From the NCBI RefSeq assembly GCF_009914755.1, contig NC_060936.1: a DNA stretch of 64,000 nucleotides, one strand, 5' to 3'. The first letter of the stretch is position 1. The number at the start of each line of letters is the position of its first letter. The notes under the pieces are model-generated. The model was not told the DNA's origin, did not search any database, and worked only from the letters and a program-made list of their open reading frames with translations. The DNA is from the human T2T-CHM13v2.0 reference genome, Homo sapiens. The position numbers and the translations under genes were made by a program. This document shows, piece by piece, positions 1 to 13,279 of the stretch.

Positions 1-170
1 TGCCTCAGCCTCTTGAGTAGCTGGGATTACAGACACATGCCACCACACTTGGCTAATTTTTGTATTTTTAGTAGAGACGGGGTTTTGCCATGTTGGCCAG
101 GCTGGTCTTGAACTCCCGACCTCAGGTGATCTGCCCGCCTTGGCAGCCCAAAGTGCCATTGCACCCAGGT
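1..170 (-). mobile_element. Alu (AluS-type), cut by window edge
   Basis: Reverse Alu motifs tgcctcagcc...gtagctgggattaca, gtatttttagtagagacgggg, ctcaggtgatctgcccgcc; small internal deletion near the Alu 5' end. Confidence 0.92.
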
Positions 171-764
171 GCCATTTTCCATTTTCCAGGGCTATCCTAC
201 CTCCACTAAAAACAAACAAATAATTACATTATCATACATATCCTACTATTTCAGAGAGGGGGAACAAATATTGCATATAAATATTTGTTCAAAATTTGGC
301 TCAAACGGATCTCAGAATTGGAAACTCTTCTTTGCTATTAACATCAAAGACTCACAGACAAAAGGGTACAATTTGGCTAAATTTAATGGTAGAGAAAAGA
401 TTCTTAAACAGAATAGAACTTAAGCAAAAAAGAAAAACATTTTTTCGGAACTGGCTACAAGAAAAGGAGCTCCCTTGGACAATGCTTTTGGTGCAATTAT
501 TTTAAGCTTCCCCTTAAACATGATGTGCTCTGGAAATTCATTGTGCCTGCAAATATCTGAGCTGATAGAAATCCACATGAATGGCCTTTTCATCTTCTTG
601 TGTTGAGTCCAAAACATGGGATGCTGGATGTAGCTGAACTTTTCCAGAGGACTGGGTTACTACACCTATTTTCTTTTTAGAAACAGTGAATCCAATTTCT
701 TGAGAAGTCCAGAATAAATTGTACCAAAATGGCTGGAATTTTTATGTTAAAAGTGCAATCATTG

Positions 765-931
<167 letters not shown>

Positions 932-1562
932 TTACAGAGTTTCCCTCAGACTGTGTTAACTCCACAACAATTTAGAGAAAAAGGTCATGCAGAGGCCTGA
1001 GGCTGCCTACCTCTTAGGTGAGAGTCCTTGATTTGCCCTGTTTTATTTTGTTCAGAAATAGTAAGCAGATCTAAATTTACATACAAAGCATCTTCCATTC
1101 TAGAATTTTGAGAATTCATTTAAAAAATCACATTATTTTAATAAATTTTACACCAAAAAATTTCACTGCCACACTCAATGACCTGGCAAAATCAAGAGAC
1201 TGCTTTATCAAACTTTGTTTTGGTTCTTGGGAAAATATGATTTTGTTATTTAAAAAAGTTGAACATTGCCTGTCAAGAAATATCTCACAACTTCAAACAT
1301 TAGAAAAATTCCTTTTGCTTTACTACTTCATTTAGAAAGTATTTGCTGGTAAATGTTCTTAATTTTTATTATACTATATGCTGAAGAGGACATATCTTGT
1401 CACTTACTGCCTAAATGCTGGGATAAGCTCACAAACTCACATATTTTTTAAGCAATAAATGTTCAGATAGTCCAGACAAACAGGAGATAGGATTTAAAAA
1501 TAAATCCTGGACAGTGCAGAGTACTCAGTGGGAAACTCAATATTGACTGATGGCAGATCGTC

Positions 1563-1939
1563 TGATATGGTTTGGCTGTGTCCCCACCCAAATCTCTTAT
1601 TGAATTGTAGTTCCCATAATCCCCATATGTCATGTGAAGGACCCAGTGGGAGGTAATTGAATCATGGGGGTGGTTACCTCCATGCTGTTCTTGTGATAGT
1701 GAGTTCTCATGAGATCTGATGGTTTTTTAAGGGGTTTTCCACCCTCTATGCATGGCACTTCTCCTTTATGTCATCATGTGAAGAAGGATGTGTCTGCTTC
1801 CCTTTCTGCCATGATTATAAGTTTCCAGAGGCCTCCCTAGCCATGCTGAACTAACTGTGAGTCAATTAAACCTCTTTCCTTTATAAATTACCCAGTCTCA
1901 GGTATGTCTTTATTAGCAGCATGAGAATGGGCTAATACA
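1563..1939 (+). mobile_element. THE1 (THE1C/D) solo LTR, ERVL-MaLR
   Basis: Starts tgatatggtttggctgtgtccccacccaaatctc, ends ...ctaataca; decayed 5-bp TSD tcgtc/ccatc. Confidence 0.92.
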
Positions 1940-2340
1940 CCATCCTTTGCTGGAACCTATGTAGTAAAAAAAAACCTTTAAGCAAAATACTTAAAATGTA
2001 AAATAAAAGCTAGATGGTAGCTACCTTTGATTATTTTCTCAAAGAACATTTGTAATTTCATTCCAAAGTCTGCTTCTAAGGGACTAGAACTCACTAATGC
2101 TATTACTCAAAGCCCAACATTAACTTTGAAAATAAAATAGGCTTTAAAATTTTTAAACCAGGTAAAGAGAGATTCTACACTTAATTTTTAATGAATACCA
2201 CTCCTGAGAAAAAATTTTTAAATGGAATAAGAAGTGGTGAGAGAGAAGACTGGAAATATGATCTAAGGCATATCACAAAACCACATTTGACACCAAGTTC
2301 TGTGGAACAAACTCTATTCTACGTAGAAAAGGCAGCCATC

Positions 2341-2621
2341 CTCATGCCTGTAATCTCAGCACTTTGGGAGGCCGAGGCAGGCAGATCCCGAGGTCAGGAG
2401 ATGGAGACCATCCTGGCTAACACGGTGAAACCCCATCTCTACTAAAAATACAAAAAATTAGCTGGGCGTGGTGGTGGGTGCCTGTAGTCCCAGCTACTCA
2501 GGAGGCTGAGGCAGGAGAATGGGCTTGAACCCAGGAGGGGGAGCTTGCAGTGAGCCGAGATGGCGCCACTGCACTCCAGCCTGTGCGACGAGTGAGACTC
2601 CGTCTCAAAAAAAAAAAAAAA
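2341..2621 (+). mobile_element. AluY, slightly 5'-truncated
   Basis: AluY diagnostics (accatcctggctaacacggtgaaacccc; gagcttgcagtgagccgaga), A-tail, perfect 16-bp TSD agaaaaggcagccatc at 2325-2340 and 2622-2637. Confidence 0.95.
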
Positions 2622-3289
2622 AGAAAAGGCAGCCATCAAAGATTTTTTCAATGAGCAAAAGAGGAAAAGGGTGACAACAATGCTTTAGGAATAGCAGTCT
2701 GACCTTTAGAGACCCCAAATCCTTGATTCCAGTTCTAGGTTTAACTTAGGCATGGAAAGAAATTGGTCAACTATGAATCTCAAATGCATTCTGCTGTCTC
2801 ACCTCTGCCAACCCATTAGGGCATCTTCACTGTATTTAAATATGCAGACTTCATGCCCATGTTAATATCCTTGAACTTGACACCCCCCCCCTCACTTGGC
2901 ATATACTACATTTTAAATTGTGTTTGCAAATCCTGCCATTTCTTTAGCCCCGTTTAAGCCTCACCTCCTCCAAGGAATTTTCTCATCCCGTATTTCCCAC
3001 AGGAACCAGGGATTTCTTTCTTTAGAGAACTCCGATAACTCTTAGCTGGGTCATTCCCATAATGTTGATCACAAACTGCCTTGTAGTGTGGCCTTCTGCA
3101 TGTGTTATCTCGTTTTTACAGTGTCCTTGAGCCGAAGGACTATGACTTACTTATGTGAATTGAACATAACCCTGACCCCAACATTAAGTTACACACAGTA
3201 CTTCAGCTTGGTAGATTCTCTTTATTACTCTGTATGTTCATGCTATCTGTAATAACGTGGTTTTAATTTTCTCTAAAGAAGATTATAAT

Positions 3290-3765
3290 TCAATACTAAG
3301 GAATGAATGATAACACTATATTTTCAGTTCCTCCCATCAAGAGGTGGAGTCTATTTCTCCATTCTTTGAATCTTGGTTTGGCCATATGACTTGTTTTGGC
3401 TAACAGGACATTAGCAAGCATGGCATGAGCAGAGGTCTGACAAATGCTTGTGCACTGGGACTTGTTCTTTACCTTAGTGCTTTTGGAACCCAGTTGTCAT
3501 GTGAAAAAGCCCAGCTGGACACTGGAGACATGTGGCCCAGTCACTCTGTTACCACAGCCGACCACCAGACATGCAAGACCAACCCCTGGCCAATCCGCCA
3601 GCCAGCTGCAATAGCATGAGTGAACCCTGGTGAGACTAGCAGGGGAACTGCTTAGCAACACCCAGGTGAAATTGCTTGACATACAGAATCATCAGCTAAT
3701 AAATGATTATTTTTAAGCCTCTAAGTTTAGAGATCTTTTATTACATAGCAAAATCAAAGCAGGAT
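3290..3765 (+). mobile_element. MLT1 (G/H-like) solo LTR, ERVL-MaLR
   Basis: cctcccatcaagaggtggagtctatttc...ttggccatatgacttgttttgg...acagaatcat...ttttaagcc...ttacatagcaa, typical MLT1 motifs. Confidence 0.75.
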
Positions 3766-3944
3766 ATTAAAAAATCTCATTTTCATATATATTTGACAGA
3801 AAGCTTACTCTGCTTTAAGGAAGAGCGTACTGGGCCAGAATTAAATTATTATTCCTGGCTGAATCTAAGTAAAAACAAAGAAACAAGCAAACAAACAACA
3901 ACAGGAAATCTACCACCCTGGCAAACTCATTAAGTCAAATAAAC

Positions 3945-4281
3945 CAGGAGTCCTCAACCCCTGGGCCATAGACCAATACTGGTCCATGGCCTGTTAGGAA
4001 CCAGGCTGCACAACAGGAGGTCAGAGGCAGGCGAGTGAGCATTACCACCTGAACTCCGCCTCCTGTCAGATCAGCAGTGGCATTAGATTCTCACAGGAGT
4101 GTGAACCCTATTGTAAACTGCTCATATGAGGGATCTAGGTTGCATGCTCCTTTTGAGAATCTAATGCTTGATGATCTGAGGTGGAACATTTTCATTCCAA
4201 AACCATTCCCTACCCCCCAGTCATGGAAAAATTGTCTTCCATGAAACCAGTTCTTGGTACCAAAAAGATTGGGGACTGCTG
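3945..4281 (+). mobile_element. MER1B hAT-Charlie non-autonomous DNA transposon
   Basis: Ends caggagtcctcaacc... / ...ttggggactgctg, 337 bp, perfect 8-bp TSD aaataaac (3937-3944, 4282-4289). Confidence 0.92.
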
Positions 4282-4479
4282 AAATAAACTGTTAGATTCC
4301 ATAACTAAATGACAGGAACAGCCTCTTCCCTCTCTTCCTAGAAGGAAAAATAGAAATAAAAGCAGTCTATAACGTGCAAGAAAAGGATAGAATTTCAGCT
4401 TCCCATTCGGCTGATGTGATTCTTTCTTTTCGACTGTAAAATGCTTTAACAACAGAACACATAAACAGAGCTCACAGAG

Positions 4480-4715
4480 TCTAGGCACTAAGCCAAGAGC
4501 CCCTCATAGATGATCTTGTTCAATTCTCCCTGTGATTCTATGAAGAGCACTGCTCTGATGCTCATGTTAGAGATGAAGAAATTGGATTTCAAGTGCTTGA
4601 ACAACTTGCCCAAGAGAATATTTAACTAATAAAGTTGTGAAACTGTGATTCAAACCCAGGAAGCCTAGATTCTTAACCAAGAGCTTACATTCTTAAAGAA
4701 GGTGCTATACTACCT
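4480..4715 (-). mobile_element. MIR SINE
   Basis: agagatgaagaaattg...acttgcccaag...gattcaaacccagg reverse MIR core. Confidence 0.7.
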
Positions 4716-6220
4716 CCCAAGTAAAAAGCTAAAACAAAACACCTTATGAGGACAGCTTTATATTTTAATATCCTACTTCAGATAATAATAAAGGATAGCT
4801 TCACTTTCATTTCAACTGTAACTCATAAACCTTGGAGCTAAAGATAAAAGGTGTAATCATTAGGCTACTTTCACATCAAGTACCATAATTTTCCACTTCC
4901 CACTATTTAAAATTATTACCCATTGTCTCCATGTGTAAGAGTTTAGTCATAACAGGGAATAATGTTTCTTTACAGTAATGAAGTTCTTGTGAATATCAGA
5001 ATATGAGAGAAAAGGGTCTCTTCTGTTCCAGAAGAATCATAGTAGAGTCTGAAAGCATGAGATTAAGGGAGTTTAAGAGGCTTATACATCCACACAGTAC
5101 CCATAAACACAAACCTAAACACTATAGAATCCACTTGTGGTTCAGTTTACTAAGTGAATCAATAAACTCGCATATTTGAAGCGCTCTGCCTATTATAAAG
5201 TGCTATACAAGTGTTGATTGTTTTTTCTAAATCAATTCTTCAGAAATGTAGACACTATAGGAAAATAAGATGGAAAGGCCATAATGCTAACAGAGATTGT
5301 ACTTTATTGTTGATTATATTATGAGGCTCTGCTTTATGGCAAATACTCCTGGGAATATGTTTAGGCACCTTTAGTTCAAATGACTATGTGATGTCAGTCT
5401 GACAACCCTATTTGTGGGACAAACTGCATGCTTGAGTCAGTTGCAGAGCTCTGTGTAGTGTTATAAAACAGAGGTTTTTTTTTTTTTCCCAAGATAATTG
5501 ATTAGAGGTTTTCAGCATGCCTTAGCCACTTGGAAATAGCAAAATCAGTCATAAAGATCAACTCTGTGGGCTTTAATTCAAGAAGGAAAACAGGAATCCA
5601 CCAGAATAGTGAAGGACATCTCATCCCAGGTGCCAGGGAAGAGAAGGTGGGCAAGCTGCCCCGATGATGGCATTTGTCTGACAAAAGTGAGTGAAGCCCT
5701 AGAACAGGACAGGAGGAGGTAGAAAGCCTCCCTCTGTGACTCACCTTTCCACTGGGGATCCATGCAACCAGGCTAAGGGAGAGCACTTTGTTCCTCCAAA
5801 GCCTTGGCGCCAACTTGGAGAGAAGCTTGGAGACACTGAAAGGGAAGGACACCAGACAAAGTTGTAGGCATTTTCCCAGGCCTGGTTTGGAGACTGTGGC
5901 ACCATTTTTAATCTGGGTGCATACAACATCAGTCATTATTTAGTAGCCTGGCACCATGGCCATACAGCATTTTAGTCTTGGACTAGAGATTGGAGCACCT
6001 GCTCTGGAGCTGAGTAGGAGCCTCCACAGCCAGAACAAGTATGGAAAGCACCCAAGCTGTAGGAACTGGAATTGTGCTCTACCCGATCACAGGTCTGGTG
6101 CAGGAGGAGAGTGCTGACAGCCAGTTTCTCCTTGGTGAGAAGATGGACAGCCAGGGCCAGTTTGGGGACCTGGAACTGGTCTACATGTGCCATTGCTGGG
6201 TGCCCCAGCCTGCTCCCCTG

Positions 6221-6790
6221 AGATTGTGATGTAGTAGAGCCCTTTCTACTCCACACCCAGGCTGATCTCCAAGCATTCAGAGCACCCACTCTTCTGGATT
6301 AGCATCCTGAGCTGCTCCACCCCTCCTGTGCATAGATTGGGGTGCCATGGGGCCTCTTCTGTTCCATATCCGGGCAGATCTCCAGGCAGTTAGAGCACCC
6401 CCTTGATGGGATCTGCAGCTAGAGCCACCCTACCCTTCCTGTACATAGAATGTGGTACAGCAGGGCCCTCTCCACTTTACTTCCAGCAGATCTCCAGGCA
6501 TTTGGATCTCCCACCCACCTACACCAGCAGCCTGAGTTGCCCAGTCATCCTATGCATAGATTGTGGTGCAGTGGTGCCATCTCTGTCCCATGCCCAGGTT
6601 GATCTCTAAGTATTTGGAGCACATCACCTGGGTAAGCAGCCTGAGACACTCCACCCTCCCTATGCAGAGATTGTGGTGGAATGGGGCCCTCTACACTCCA
6701 CACCCAGGCAGAGCTCCAGGCATCTAGAGCAGTCATTCTCCTGGATTTGGAATTTAGGTGGCTGCATTCCCTGTGCAGAGAACTTGAAGC
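6221..6790 (+). repeat. Tandem array of five ~112-bp units in the L1 5'UTR
   Basis: Anchor aga(t/a)tg at 6221, 6334, 6447, 6558, 6668 and aga at 6779 (spacing 110-113); each unit carries gccc..ct..ctcca..cccaggcagatctccaggca...gagcacc. Confidence 0.85.
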
Positions 6791-9700
6791 CAAAGAGTTC
6801 CTATTCAGCCCCAAGGCACACCTAGACACATCTGTGGGCACTTGGTGGCTGTGCACTGGACCCCCCTTGGTGCTGGTTCTTGTGCCTGCCATTGGGTGAC
6901 CTGTAAGCAGGCCTGGTCTAGCCCCAACCATCTTTATCCCTCAGCTATGGTGCTGAGCAGGGTGCTCAGGCCACTGTGAACTCCACAGATCTGCCATTTG
7001 CTTCCAGAAACAGAGACCTTCTCCAGTAAACAAGGATTAAACATATACCCATCTATGTTGGCCACATCTGGCTCTTACTCATTAGAACCATGAACTTGTC
7101 TGTAGGTTGAACTGCCCAATATAAAACTGGCTGACAGAAGTGCATAGAGATATTGAAATGAAGCCAAAAGGTTTTACCCAACATTCTCTAAAGTCATATC
7201 CCCTAGGGACATGGGCAAAGGGGAAGAAAATAATAACACAGGAAAAGAGAGAAAGGAAAAACAAATCCTATCTGCATGAAAATAATGACAAAATTTAGAA
7301 GTGTCAGTGGCCTCAGATGAGAAGGAACCAGTGCATGAATTCTAGCACCATGAAAAATCTGAGTGCTGTGACATCATCAAAGGATCACACTAGCTATCCA
7401 GCAACAGTCTGTAATCAAAATGAAAACTCAGAAAGGAAGGATGAAGAATTCAAAGCATGGATTACTAGGAAGCCCAGTGAGATCCAGGACAAGGTTGAAA
7501 ATCAACACAAAGAAACTTCTAAAGCAATCCAGGAAATGAAGGCAGACATAAACATCTTAAAAATAAATCAATCCAAGCTTCTGGAATTGAAAAACTCACT
7601 TAAGGAATTTCAAAGTACAATTGAAACCTTTATCAATAGACTAGCCCAAACAGAAAAAAGAATTTAGAGCTAGAAGACTGATCTTTTAAACTAACCCAGT
7701 CAGACAAAAATAAAGAAAAAAGAATTTTAAAAATGAATAAGATCTTCAAGAAAATGGATTATGTAAAGCAACCAAACCTATGAATTAATGGCATTTCTAT
7801 GAGAGGAGAAAAAGTAAACAACCTGGAAAATATATTCGAAGTAATAATCCAATAAAATATTTCCAGTTTTGCCAGAGAGGTAGACATCCTGTACAAGACA
7901 TCCAGAGAACACCTGCAAGATACTATACAAAACGAACATCACCAAGGAATATAGTCGCCAGACTGTCCAAGGTCAATGCTAAAGAAAAAATTGTAAAGGC
8001 AACAGAAAAGATCAGGTCACACACAAAGGGAACCCAATAAGGCTAACAGAAAACTTCTAAGCAGAAATCTTTCAAGCTGCAACAGTTTGAGGGCCTATTT
8101 TCAACATTCTTAAATAAAAGAAATTCCAAACAAGAATTTTATATTCCACCAAACTAAGCTTCATAAGTGAAGGAGAAATAAAACCTTTTCCAGACATGCA
8201 ATTGCTAAGGTAATTCACTACCACTAGACCAGCCTAACAAGAGATCCTCAAGAGAGGTCTAAACATGGAAAAGAAAGAACAATACCTACTACCACAAAAA
8301 CACATTTAAGTACATAGTCCAGAGATGCTATAAAGCAATTATACAATACAAACTACAAAGCAACCAGCTAATGACTCCATGATAGGATCAAAATCTCACA
8401 TACTAATATTAACTTTGAATGTATATGGTCTAAACACCCCACTTAAAAGGCACAGAGTGGCAAGTTGGATAAAAAAAAAGGAAGAGCCATTCATCTGCTA
8501 TCTTCAAGAGACCCATCTGACATGTAATGACACCCCTAGTCTCAAAGTAAAGGGGAGAAGAAAAATCTATCACTCAAATGGAAAACAAAAAAGAACAGGA
8601 GTCACTATTCTTATATCAGATAAAATAGACTTTACACTTACAGCAGTAAAAAAGGACAAAGAAGGGCATTACACAATGATAAATAATTCAGTACCACAAG
8701 AAGACTTAACTGTCCTAGATATATACCCTCCCAACATTGGAGCACACAGATTCATAAAACAAGTACTTCTAGACATACAAAAAGACAGTCACACAATAAT
8801 AGTGGAGGACTTCAACACCTCCACTGACAGCATTTGACAGGTCATCAAGGCAGAAAACTAACAAAGAAATTCTGATCTTAAATTTGACACTTGACCAATT
8901 GGACCTAATAGACATTTACAGACTAATCCACCCATCAGTCACAGAATACACATTCTGCTCATCTGTACATGGAGCATACTCTAAGATTGACCACATGCTC
9001 GCCATAAAGCAATAAATAAATTCAAAAATTCAAAACTATATGAACTATACACTCAGACCACAGTGGAATAAAAATAAAAATCAATACCAAGAAGATCTCT
9101 CAAAGCCACACAATTACATAAAAATTAAGCAACTTTCTCCTGAATGACTTCTGGTAAACAATGAAATTAAGGCAGAAATCAAAAAAGTTTGAAATAAATG
9201 GAAACAGAGACACAACATATCAAAATTTCTAGGATGCAGCAAAAGCAGTGTCAAGAGGAAACTTAGTAGCTCTAAATACCTACATCAAGAAGTTAGAGAG
9301 ATCTCAAATTAATGATCTAACATTACACCTAGAGGAACTAGAAAAATAAGAGTAAGCTAACCCCAAAGCTAGCAGAGGAAAAGAAATACCTAAAATCAGA
9401 GCAGAACTGAATGAAGTTGAGACAAAAAATCCATACACAGAATCAACAAACAAAAAGTTGGCTTTTTGAAAGGAGAATTAATATTGATAGACTGCTAAGT
9501 AGATTAACAAAGAAAAAAGAGAGAAGATACAAATAAACACAATCAGAAATGACAAAGGTGACATTACAACTGATACCACAGAAATACAAGAGTCCCAGAG
9601 ATTATCATGAACACTTCCATGCACACAAACTAGAAAATCTAGACTAAGTGGATAAATTTCTGGACACATACACCCTCCCAAGACTGAACCAAGAAGAAAT

Positions 9701-10429
9701 TGAATCCTTGAACAGACCAACATTGAGTTTTGAAATGGAATCATTCATAAAAATCCTTCCAACCAAGAGAAACCCTGGACCAGATGGATTCACAGCTGAA
9801 TCCTACCAGATGTACAGAGAAGAGCTGGTACTACTTCTACTGAAACTATTCCAAAAAATCGAGAAGAGACTCCTTCCTAATTCATTCTTTGAAGCCAGCA
9901 TCTCTCTGATACCAAAACCTGGCAAAGAGACAACAACAAAATAAGAAAACTGCAGGCCAATATTCATGATGAACATAGGCAAAAAGAAAAAAAATCCTCA
10001 ACAAAATATCAGCAAACCAAATCCAGCAGCACATCAAAGAGTTTATTCACCATGATCAAGTAGACTTTATTCCTGTGATGCAAGGTTGGTTCAGAACACA
10101 CAAATAAATAAATGTGATTCACCACATAAACATAATTAAAACAAAAACCATCTGATTATCTCAATAGACTCAGAGAAAGCTTGTGATAAAATCGAACATC
10201 GCTTCATGATAAAAACCCTCCAGAAAGTAAGCATCAAAGGAACATACCTCAAAATAATAAGAGCCATCTATCACAAACCCACAGTCAACATCATACTAAA
10301 TGGGCAAATACTAGAATCATTCCCCTTGAGAACTGGAATAAGACAAGTATGCTCATTCTCACCATTACTATTCAATATAGTAATGGAAGTCTTAGCCAGA
10401 GCAATTAGCAAGAGAAAGAAATAAAAGTC

Positions 10430-10688
10430 GAACAAAAAACCAAACACCGCATATTCTCACTCATAGGTGGGAATTGAACAATGAGATCACATGGACACAG
10501 GAAGGGGAACATCACACTCTGGGGACTGTTGTGGGTGGGGGGAGGGGGGCAGGGATAGCATTGGAAGATATACCTAATGCTAGATGACGAGTTAGTGGGT
10601 GCAGCGCACCAGCATGGCACACGTATACATATGTAACTAACCTGCACAATGTGCACATGTACCCTAAAACTTAAAGTATAAAAAAAAA
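10430..10688 (+). mobile_element. Young 5'-truncated L1 3' end (L1PA2-like) nested in the older L1 ORF2
   Basis: gagatcacatggacacagg, gctagatgacGAGttagtggg, actaacctgcacaatgtg, aacttAAagtat plus polyA; imperfect TSD aaataaaagtc / aaaaaaaggtc; host resumes atccaaataggaaaag. Confidence 0.9.
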
Positions 10689-10915
10689 GGTCATCCAAAT
10701 AGGAAAAGAAAAATTCAAATTCTCTCTCTTTGCTGATGATACGGCTTTATACTTAGAAAACCCTAAAGACTCCATCAAAAGGCTCCTAGTCTTGATAAAC
10801 CACTTTAGTAAAGTTTCAGGATACAAAATTTATGTACAAAATTAGTACTATTTCTATATATCAATAGTGTTCAAACTGAGATCCAAATCAAGAACACAAT
10901 CCTATTTACAATAGC

Positions 10916-10953
10916 AAAAAAAAAAAAAAAAGAAAGAAAGAAAGAAAGAAAAC
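10916..10953 (+). repeat. (A)n(GAAA)n microsatellite expanded inside L1 ORF2
   Basis: Long A run followed by gaaagaaagaaagaaagaaaa, read directly. Confidence 0.85.
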
Positions 10954-11462
10954 CCTATGAATACACCTAACCAAGTAGGTGAAAGTTCTCTAAGGAAGAG
11001 CCACAAAACTGCTGAAAGAAATCAGAGATGACACAAAAAAATGGAAAAACATCTCACACTCAAGGATAGGAAAAAAAATCAATATTATAAAATAGCCACA
11101 CTGCCCAAAGAAGTCTACAGATTCAATGCTATTCCTATCAAACTATCAATCTCATATTTCACAGAACTCAAAGTGTTCTAAAATTCACATGAGACCAAAA
11201 AAGAGCTCTAATAGCCAAAGCAATCCTAAACAAAAAGATCAAAGCTGGAGGCATCACATTACTCAATTTCAAACTACACTATAAGAAGACAGTAACCAAA
11301 AAAGCATGGTATGGGTACAAAAATAGACACATAGACCAATGGAACAGAATAGAGAACTCAGAAATAAACCTAAACACCTACAGCCATCCAATCTTTGACA
11401 AAGTTGGAAAAAATAAGCAATGGGGAAAGGAGTCCCTATTCAATAAATGGTGCTGGGATAGC

Positions 11463-11841
11463 ATCAGAATGCAAGGTCTGAAAAATACCTCAAACATCAA
11501 TCTTAGGTTTCACAATTGCAATGTTATCTAAAAGAGAAATTGGGGAGGTTACAAATCTTTTGACCTCTGGCTACATGACTCTTGAACCATAATTCTAATC
11601 TTGTGGACAGTTTATTAGTTTTACAAAGGTGGTTTTTATACCCAAGAAAAGAGAGGGTTAGTTTTGGGAAGGGACTAATATCTTTGTTTTTGAAGTTAAA
11701 CTATAAACTAAATTCCTTCCATAGTTAACTTAGCCTGTGCCCAGGAATGAGCAAAGACCATTAGCTTGTGAGGTTAGAAGCAAGGTGGAGTCAGTTACGT
11801 CAGATTTGTCTCACCGTCATAATTTTTCAAAGGTGGTTTCA
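11463..11841 (-). mobile_element. LTR8-family (ERV1) LTR, 5' portion only
   Basis: Reverse complement starts tgaaaccacctttgaaaaattatgac...actgactccaccttgcttctaacctcacaagct...ttagtttatagtttaac, the LTR8/LTR8A 5' end. Confidence 0.85.
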
Positions 11842-13279
11842 TTCCTGCTATTGTCACCTCTTTGTGTGTGTGTGTGTTTTGTTGTTGTTGTTTTGCCTAT
11901 ATGCCTCTCCTTGCTTCCATTTTTCACTTTGATACTTGTATGTGCCAGATTTGAGACCCTGGGTTGCCCTGAGAGGGAGAAAAGGCATTTTTACTACCAC
12001 ATCCTGCCATCTCTGTGACTGGACATATAAGTTCAATAGACAGTAAGAGATGCTGAGGTGACTGTGAAACCTGTGAGTTTAAAATGGATTAGGATGAATA
12101 ACCATAGCACCATTTGTTAGGGTTCAAAGTATCAGGGCCCAGGGAAATTCTCTGGCGTGGAAAGAAGGAGGACAGCAGGCCCACCAACCCAGAGGGTCAG
12201 TGGGCACTTCTTAATGCTTGTAAAGCTTGCTGGTGGGTGCCCTGTCCCCTACCCCTCAGGTACTCCCCATCAAGGAGCAGAAGCTCAGAAATATGCGCAG
12301 CCTGTTCCCTGGAGATAAATGACCCTAGGGATGATTCACACCTTATTTGCCTCCTTCTGCTCATTTTCATATTACCTGTCAGTTCAGATTCATATGCTGT
12401 TTGCTGCTTAAAGCCTTATTTCCTAAAATAATGAGAACAGAACGATTTTCTATTCTTTTCCAGTGTTATGGCTATATTATGGGCTTATTTTATTTTGTAC
12501 CTGTGGGTAGAGTTCAATTATATCCCTGTCTTTTTCAGATATATAAAAAATAGGGCTTTCTTTATGATTCAAGATAGCTTTCTGTAATGACAAAAGTAGG
12601 GAAACAAATCAAAGGGATGAGAAAAATATTCATAGAGAAATGATGTTCTGGACAGGAGGGTCCCCATTTTATGAACATCAGAGTAGATGGATTTCACCTA
12701 GGTCTAGAGGGGAAACAAATGGGCTGATGGCTTGTGCACTCTCTCTTTTTTTTAGGAAAACATTTGCTGAGCTCTTAAAGTACACAATGTTTCTGAAGAT
12801 AACCGTGAAATATTTGGGGTACGAATACAAGCACAGAAAAAAACAAAAAAGCAATTATTTTTTATTCTGTGAAGTCTCTTGGGATACAAAAAATATATGC
12901 TTTTTCCTCAAGATGACTTCTCAAGATAAATCCATTTGAATTACAACATGAGAGAGAAAGAGAATTATTCCAGTGAATTAAGGCTAAGGAGAAAATTAGG
13001 CATCAAAAACTTTTCTGTCATTCTGTCCTCTAAAATAGAATGCTAGATAACAAATATCTTAAAGAATGCATTAAACACAATGTAGAGAACTTGAATAACG
13101 AAATTGGGAAAAAACAGTGAAGCCCGATATAATCCAATGTCTGGTTATCAGTAGAATGAGAATTGTAGAACTGACTTCGCAGAGTTTTAAATGTTTAACA
13201 TCATAATGAACCAAGGATACAGTAAACTGTGCCCTAAAGTCTAGGGAGGAGATAGGATACATTTTCTCCAGTTATTACT

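Larger units (their letters stand above)
5488..11462 (+). mobile_element. Old primate LINE-1 (L1PA15-17/L1P4-type): 5'UTR, ORF1 and ORF2, 3'-truncated
   Basis: ORF1 remnant 7317-7667 (MRRNQ...KDHTS...ELKNSLKEFQ), EN remnant 8379-8837 (ILTLNVYGLN...LQETHL), ORF2 remnants 9648-9944 and 10206-10424; stops abruptly at tgctgggatagc; interrupted at 10430-10688. Confidence 0.93.

Noticed and set aside
6221-6790. CRISPR-like repeat-spacer array
   Set aside because: Whole ~112-bp units are homologous with no unique spacers, it lies within an L1 5'UTR, and there are no cas genes in this primate DNA
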